The notes under the pieces: generated by a model
The model's input: only the letters and a program-made list of their open reading frames with translations
What the model was told of the DNA's origin: nothing
Database searches by the model: none
Origin: Candidatus Levyibacteriota bacterium
GTDB lineage: Bacteria > Patescibacteriota > Microgenomatia > Levybacterales > UBA12049
DNA: 64,000 bases
Assembly: GCA_016182235.1 (NCBI GenBank)
Contig: JACOXT010000005.1
Coordinates: forward strand, 677-64,676
Reading direction: 5' to 3'
Position numbers and translations under genes: made by a program
Shown: positions 60,543 to 64,000 of the stretch, in pieces
Layout of the letters: each line of letters opens with the position of its first letter
Position numbering within the stretch: position 1 is the first letter of the stretch

Positions 60543-61349
60543 CTAGAAAGGAAGAGACTCTATGTTGTCCTCCCCTATCATTATGGTAATATCCGCAATC
60601 GTCCCATCTGAAATTTTAGCTGTTTTAAAATTCAATATTTTACTTAGCCTTTCAACAGTATAGCCTTTTTCATCAACATACGAAATTATTGAAGAACGCT
60701 TTAGATCATTTCCTGTCGCAACAAGTATTACATCACCGCCCATATTGGTAATAAGTCTTGCCAATCTATTTCCCAAACCCGCAACGTCAGTCGCGTTAAT
60801 AATCTGTATTGTTTTTCGATCTTTTGCTATCAACTCATCCTTAAATAGTTCTCCTACAATATTATCAACTCTATCCTTACTTAAATCTTGAGAAATTGTT
60901 CTTTCATAAATCCCACTTTCCGGTAATTGCTTAGCAAATGCAAAAAGTTTTAATATGTCTAATATTGTAAGATTTGTTTGTAATTTAGAATAATTTAAGA
61001 TCATCTTAAGAAGTATTGAATCCAACTTTTGATCAATTTCCAAAGATTTTTCAAGAACAAAAGCGTCAACGGGGATCGCCAAAGACTTACTTAAGGTTTT
61101 GGAATCTAAACTCTCATTCAATTTCAATATTGACATAGAACGAGACATTGGCGAGAAAGAAAAAACGCGAGTACTTTTACTGTCTGAAACTGTCATCGTA
61201 AATCTTTGTCGATCGTCAAATTGGCTTTGTCGAACTATTAAAATTAATTTTGATACCAAAGAAATTGCTATAATAAATACAACAAATCCGACAAATATTA
61301 TCGCGACTTTTGTGTTATTTTTTTTCCTGAGGTGTTTTTTTTTCCTCAT
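60543..61349 (-). CDS. Membrane-anchored LytR C-terminal domain protein
   Basis: IQIINATDVAGLGNRLA..I.N.G, ADITIMIGED. Confidence 0.8.
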   Translation of the reverse strand: MRKKKHLRKKNNTKVAIIFVGFVVFIIAISLVSKLILIVRQSQFDDRQRFTMTVSDSKSTRVFSFSPMSRSMSILKLNESLDSKTLSKSLAIPVDAFVLEKSLEIDQKLDSILLKMILNYSKLQTNLTILDILKLFAFAKQLPESGIYERTISQDLSKDRVDNIVGELFKDELIAKDRKTIQIINATDVAGLGNRLARLITNMGGDVILVATGNDLKRSSIISYVDEKGYTVERLSKILNFKTAKISDGTIADITIMIGEDNIESLPF

Positions 61350-61370
61350 AGGCAGTTAGACTCTGACCAC

Positions 61371-61514
61371 TTATTTAGGCGGATTTTTTTTAGAGATTAT
61401 TTCCGGCATCGAAAAAGTTGGCGCGCCCATACCTATAGAAGTTGAAATTTTTTTGACTTCGTCTTTTTTCTTTTTCTTTTTTTCGCCTTTGTAAAATCCC
61501 CCAAAACTCCCCAT
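61371..61514 (-). CDS. Small basic protein (47 aa, MGSFGGFYKGEKKKKKKDEV...)
   Basis: Hand-translated; perfect SD AGGAGGTGA 4 nt upstream of the ATG. Confidence 0.68.
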   Translation of the reverse strand: MGSFGGFYKGEKKKKKKDEVKKISTSIGMGAPTFSMPEIISKKNPPK

Positions 61515-61574
61515 ATAATCACCTCCTAAGCTTAAATTATCCATTATTAATAATAACAGATTGATTCATTTTGA

Positions 61575-62321
61575 TCAATTAACCACAGAAGATAGGCGTG
61601 AAATGAAATCTTGAAGCTCTTGAGGCAAATTAGACTCGAATGAAATCATCTTACCATTTTTTGGATGGTAAAAGGAGATTTTGGATGCATGTAAAAATAT
61701 GCGGGATAAGAGCTTTCTGTCAACTTTTGATGTCTTTCTTCCTGCATAAAGAGGGTCAGCAAAAACCGGGTGGTTTATGTATTTTAAATGCACCCTAATC
61801 TGATGCGTCCTCCCAGTCTTAGGATAAAGTTCAAGCAAACTTAAAGGCTCTCTATTTTTTCCCGATACATAATACATAATACTTAATACTTTATACTTCG
61901 TCACGGCTTCTCTTCCCCCGGCAACTACCCCAAATCTTCTCCTATTCCATGGCAACCTCCCTACCGAAACATTAATCTCACCCTCATTTTTTTCTATTTT
62001 TCCATGAACTAATGCAAGATATGTTTTTTTGACTTTTCTCTCTTTAAATTGAGATTGCAGATTATCAAAGCTATCAGGAGTTTTGGCGACAATCAGAATT
62101 CCCGAGGTCTCCTTATCAAGCCTATGAACAATCCCTGCCCGTTTATAAAAATCCGATTCCTCATCAATTGAAAATTGAAAATTGAAAATTGAAAATTTAT
62201 CTTCCACCCAATCCTGTACCGTCCTCTCCCCTTTTGTTGTATCAGATCTATTCACAACAACTCCTGACGGCTTGTCCAAAACCAAAATATCATGATCCTC
62301 GTACAAAATCTTTATCTCCAT
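61575..62321 (-). CDS. RluA/RluD-family pseudouridine synthase
   Basis: DKPSG, GIVHRLDKETSG, TGRTHQIRVH, FLHA. Confidence 0.95.
   Translation of the reverse strand: MEIKILYEDHDILVLDKPSGVVVNRSDTTKGERTVQDWVEDKFSIFNFQFSIDEESDFYKRAGIVHRLDKETSGILIVAKTPDSFDNLQSQFKERKVKKTYLALVHGKIEKNEGEINVSVGRLPWNRRRFGVVAGGREAVTKYKVLSIMYYVSGKNREPLSLLELYPKTGRTHQIRVHLKYINHPVFADPLYAGRKTSKVDRKLLSRIFLHASKISFYHPKNGKMISFESNLPQELQDFISRLSSVVN
62166..62198. repeat. Perfect 7-mer tandem repeat (AATTGAA x4+) in the pseudouridine synthase gene
   Basis: AATTGAAAATTGAAAATTGAAAATTGAAAATTT; encodes KFSIFNFQFSI on the minus strand. Confidence 0.9.
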
Positions 62322-63025
62322 TAATTTTTTCTAATTTTAAAAACCTTCGACAGCAAATTTTCCTGCATTATCAAAAAGACTAGGGACGAAATCAGCATAA
62401 TCAAAAAAATAACGTTTTCCAAAGTCAATATTTCTTTAAAATCCCTTACTGTATTTGAAATAATACTTACTAATGAAAAACATACGAGAAATAAGAATGT
62501 AATTGTTCCATCCTTGAATTTATGGTTAAGCATTTGAGGCAGAAATATTTTCCAAAAAATTGCAAATAAGATTATGTAAACAGCCATAAGACTAATCGTT
62601 CTTATAAGTGAGGACATTTCTTCTGCGAACATAAAATAGCCCAGAAATCCAACCGGCAGTGTAATCAAAAATCCTACTGAAAAAAAATCAGACATCCTTC
62701 CTAACGGCAAAGGGTTCTTCTTATTGAGTGAGAGAATCAAGTAAAATACTACAGCCCCAATTACACCCCCAACAAGAGAAAGTCCCGGAAAATAAGGAAA
62801 AAGTAAAAAAACAAAAGGGTTTAGCAGAATTTGTTTTGCGTGAAACAAACCATAAAAAAAACGAGCTCCCAAAAGACAAAACAGGCTTCCTATAAAAATT
62901 ATATTAAAAAATCTCTCCATAGATATGTTCTTTCTAAGAAAAACAAGATCATCTTTAGCCAGATAATATTCACAAAATAAGAAAATGAAAAGACAAACTA
63001 CCAAAAAGAAAATGAAAAATTGCAT
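62321..63025 (-). CDS. Lgt-like (prolipoprotein diacylglyceryl transferase-like) membrane protein
   Basis: LGARFFY, GLSLVGGVIG, hydrophobic; adjacent to an RluA gene; divergent. Confidence 0.6.
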   Translation of the reverse strand: MQFFIFFLVVCLFIFLFCEYYLAKDDLVFLRKNISMERFFNIIFIGSLFCLLGARFFYGLFHAKQILLNPFVFLLFPYFPGLSLVGGVIGAVVFYLILSLNKKNPLPLGRMSDFFSVGFLITLPVGFLGYFMFAEEMSSLIRTISLMAVYIILFAIFWKIFLPQMLNHKFKDGTITFLFLVCFSLVSIISNTVRDFKEILTLENVIFLIMLISSLVFLIMQENLLSKVFKIRKN

Positions 63026-63028
63026 ATG

Positions 63029-64000
63029 TTATTTTGAAAAAAAGAAGACTATGCTTAAAATTACCATTAGAATTCCAACCCCCAGTATAACAGTTCCAAC
63101 ACCAAGGATATCTGCCAATCCCCCTGAAAGAATAACGGGAATAAATGATACGGCGCCAACCAATGCGTTTAGAAATCCATATATTCTTCCTCTCATCTCT
63201 TGTCCCGTCTCGATCTGAATAGTTGCGTTGGAGGGAATAAACACAAGAGAAATCGAGAAACCGATTATAAAAGCCAAAGCTATGATTATATGTAAAATTG
63301 TAATATGTAGTATTGAAGGGAGATAGGAATTCAGAACGTAAACAAACTCACGAGACGCGAACTGACTGCCAAACGGCAGCAAAATAAAAGCAATCCCAAC
63401 CATCAAAAACCCTATAGCGCTCAAACGTGTTTGCTTATATTTTTTGCCAATACTGCCCAGGAGAATAACGCCAATGCCCATTCCAACTCCTGCTGGAGCA
63501 ATAAGAATCCAAGAGAGACTCTCTAAGGGTGAAGAAAGGATTGTCGTGACGTATCCAGGACCAAGTACCGCGAATGTGAACATTACAGCTTGAGCAATGG
63601 TCAGCATCAAAAGAGCGTGCATAACTTTTCTAGCACGCCTTATAAAAGAGAATATTTCTCTTGTTTCGTAAGCTATAGAAATAGATTTGGAGACATATTG
63701 CTCTCGGACGTAGCTTTTGTTTCTAGTTGAAAATTTAATAGCAGCAACAAAAATGGTACTTATAAAAAAGAATAGCGATAGAAAAATAATTGTGTTATTT
63801 TTTCCTATCAGAATAAGTATGGGTCCAGATAATATATATCCTAAAAGTACCGTAGAATAAAGCCCAAACACAAATACCGCGTTGCCCGGGATTATAAGTT
63901 TTTTTGGAATCAGTTGCGGGATGATTGCGGTTTCTGCTGGAATAAAAAATTGGGTCGCAATAGCAATCAAAAACACTAATATGTACATGTATCCTATATG
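63029..64000 (-). CDS. MFS transporter (5' end probably outside the window)
   Basis: QFFIPAE.AIIP..., Q......MRGRIYG, many TM segments. Confidence 0.85.
   Translation of the reverse strand, partial: HIGYMYILVFLIAIATQFFIPAETAIIPQLIPKKLIIPGNAVFVFGLYSTVLLGYILSGPILILIGKNNTIIFLSLFFFISTIFVAAIKFSTRNKSYVREQYVSKSISIAYETREIFSFIRRARKVMHALLMLTIAQAVMFTFAVLGPGYVTTILSSPLESLSWILIAPAGVGMGIGVILLGSIGKKYKQTRLSAIGFLMVGIAFILLPFGSQFASREFVYVLNSYLPSILHITILHIIIALAFIIGFSISLVFIPSNATIQIETGQEMRGRIYGFLNALVGAVSFIPVILSGGLADILGVGTVILGVGILMVILSIVFFFSK

Overview
A 64-kb AT-rich chromosomal window, standard genetic code. Gene content and style (short ThrRS and PheT, a full type IV pilus cluster, few Shine-Dalgarno sites, repeat-derived insertions in proteins) suggest a Patescibacteria/CPR genome of the Microgenomates type; this is an inference. 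The backbone is housekeeping: thrS-infC-rpmI-rplT...pheST, PBP1A, tyrS, purH, recG, rpmF-nusB-rnc-rpsP-khpA-trmD, a minus-strand pil cluster, a Mur ligase/hydrolase/DegT/FemABX cluster, gyrB-ppa-gyrA-folD, pyrB-carA-carB-pyrC, a Xer recombinase, a GH18 hydrolase and yebC. Five things stand out. (1) Between rplT and pheS there are two tandem units of promoter, Phe-rich leader peptide, attenuator, cargo gene(s) and pheS 5' end. The second unit carries a 962-aa protein with a putative circularly permuted ATP-grasp ligase domain plus an M20 peptidase. (2) A RAYT/Y1 transposase in the pil cluster has CAAGG-N5-CCTTG palindromes in its promoter, inside its ORF and in other genes. (3) Many palindromic and 7/8-mer repeat insertions sit in frame inside essential genes and pilin leaders. 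(4) The pyrimidine operon has eukaryotic CAD-like motifs and is bracketed by a gene and its decayed paralog. (5) Many genes show leaderless promoter architecture. I recognised no tRNA, rRNA or CRISPR array.
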